The notes under the pieces were generated by a model that searched no databases, was not told the origin of the DNA, and was given only the letters and a program-made list of their open reading frames with translations. Shown in pieces: positions 63,580 to 64,000 of a stretch of 64,000 nucleotides of DNA (within the stretch, counting starts at the first letter, position 1; every line of letters begins with the position of its first letter). The DNA is taken from the IMG/VR virus record IMGVR_UViG_3300017991_000002, positions 1 through 64,000 of that record; one strand, given 5' to 3'. Position numbers and translations under genes: made by a program.

Positions 63580-64000
63580 TTGAAGAAGAAGTTCAAAGAA
63601 GTACCCGTCGAATTACTCAGAAAAGTTTGTCCGACCGATATCATGAAATTCAAGACCACCGATGATATCGAACCGTCGTCCAATATCCTTGGCCAAAAAC
63701 GTGCCGTCGATGCTTTAAATATGGGCATTGAGATGAAAGGGAAGGGATTCAATATATTTATCACCGGCGCGCCAGGGACCGGAAGAAGGGAGATGGTTAA
63801 ATCATTTCTCGGGGGCTTGGAGGAGCAGAAGAAGGAGTTTCACGATATATGCTACGTGAACAACTTCCAGAATGAAGACATGCCTACCTTGCTTGCCCTG
63901 CCTAAGGGGCATGGTGTTGAATTGAAGATGGATATGGAGAACCTGACGGAAACAGTTATCCGGAGCACTCCCTCGATTCTTGAAAGTGATGAATACAGGG
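63580..64000 (+). CDS. Lon-like (LonC/AAA_32-type) ATP-dependent protease, partial
   Basis: Hand translation from TTG 63580: FKTTDDIEP..ILGQKRAVDALNMGI..GFNIFITGAPGTGR..DICYVNNFQN..LALPKGHG..LESDEY; AGGAGG RBS. Confidence 0.85.
   Translation, partial: MKKKFKEVPVELLRKVCPTDIMKFKTTDDIEPSSNILGQKRAVDALNMGIEMKGKGFNIFITGAPGTGRREMVKSFLGGLEEQKKEFHDICYVNNFQNEDMPTLLALPKGHGVELKMDMENLTETVIRSTPSILESDEYR

Noticed and set aside
1-64000. Genome-wide stop-codon reassignment
   Set aside because: Most genes end at TGA, TAA or TAG with tight start/stop overlaps; only two isolated in-frame TGA cases were seen
1-64000. Prophage or integrative element boundaries
   Set aside because: No integrase, att-like site at a tRNA, transposase or host operon is visible; only the final Lon-like gene is ambiguous

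Overview
This window looks like part of a large dsDNA phage genome, probably a jumbo or huge phage with T4-like head biology. I see no host housekeeping operons, integrase, CRISPR array or canonical tRNA. It has four parts. (1) 1-11.1 kb, minus strand: virion-type polyproteins with many I/L-x-E sites resembling T4 prohead-protease cleavage sites. (2) 11.8-52.7 kb, minus strand: about 100 tightly packed small early genes. A few are recognisable (MTase, YopX, AntA, ART, two MazG, BCS1-like AAA, Rnl1, macrodomain, NADAR, DEDDh exonuclease, TIGR02594 hydrolase). About 45 otherwise unrelated proteins share a short, mostly C-terminal [RK][RK]L[RKN][LIVMF] tag; this is the main candidate for an undescribed system. 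One tagged gene has an in-frame UGA followed by an fdhF-like SECIS hairpin, suggesting a phage selenoprotein. (3) 52.7-53.8 kb: a divergent, origin-like intergenic region with GGTACTT iteron-like repeats; a 50-bp unit is shared with a second repeat region at 11.2-11.65 kb. (4) 53.8-64 kb, plus strand: a repeat DNA-binding gene, two long structured noncoding regions, a Ycf46-like AAA gene split by a group I intron carrying an HNH endonuclease, DUF1257 and DUF2997 genes, and the start of a Lon-like protease gene. All family assignments come from motif recognition by eye, not database searches.
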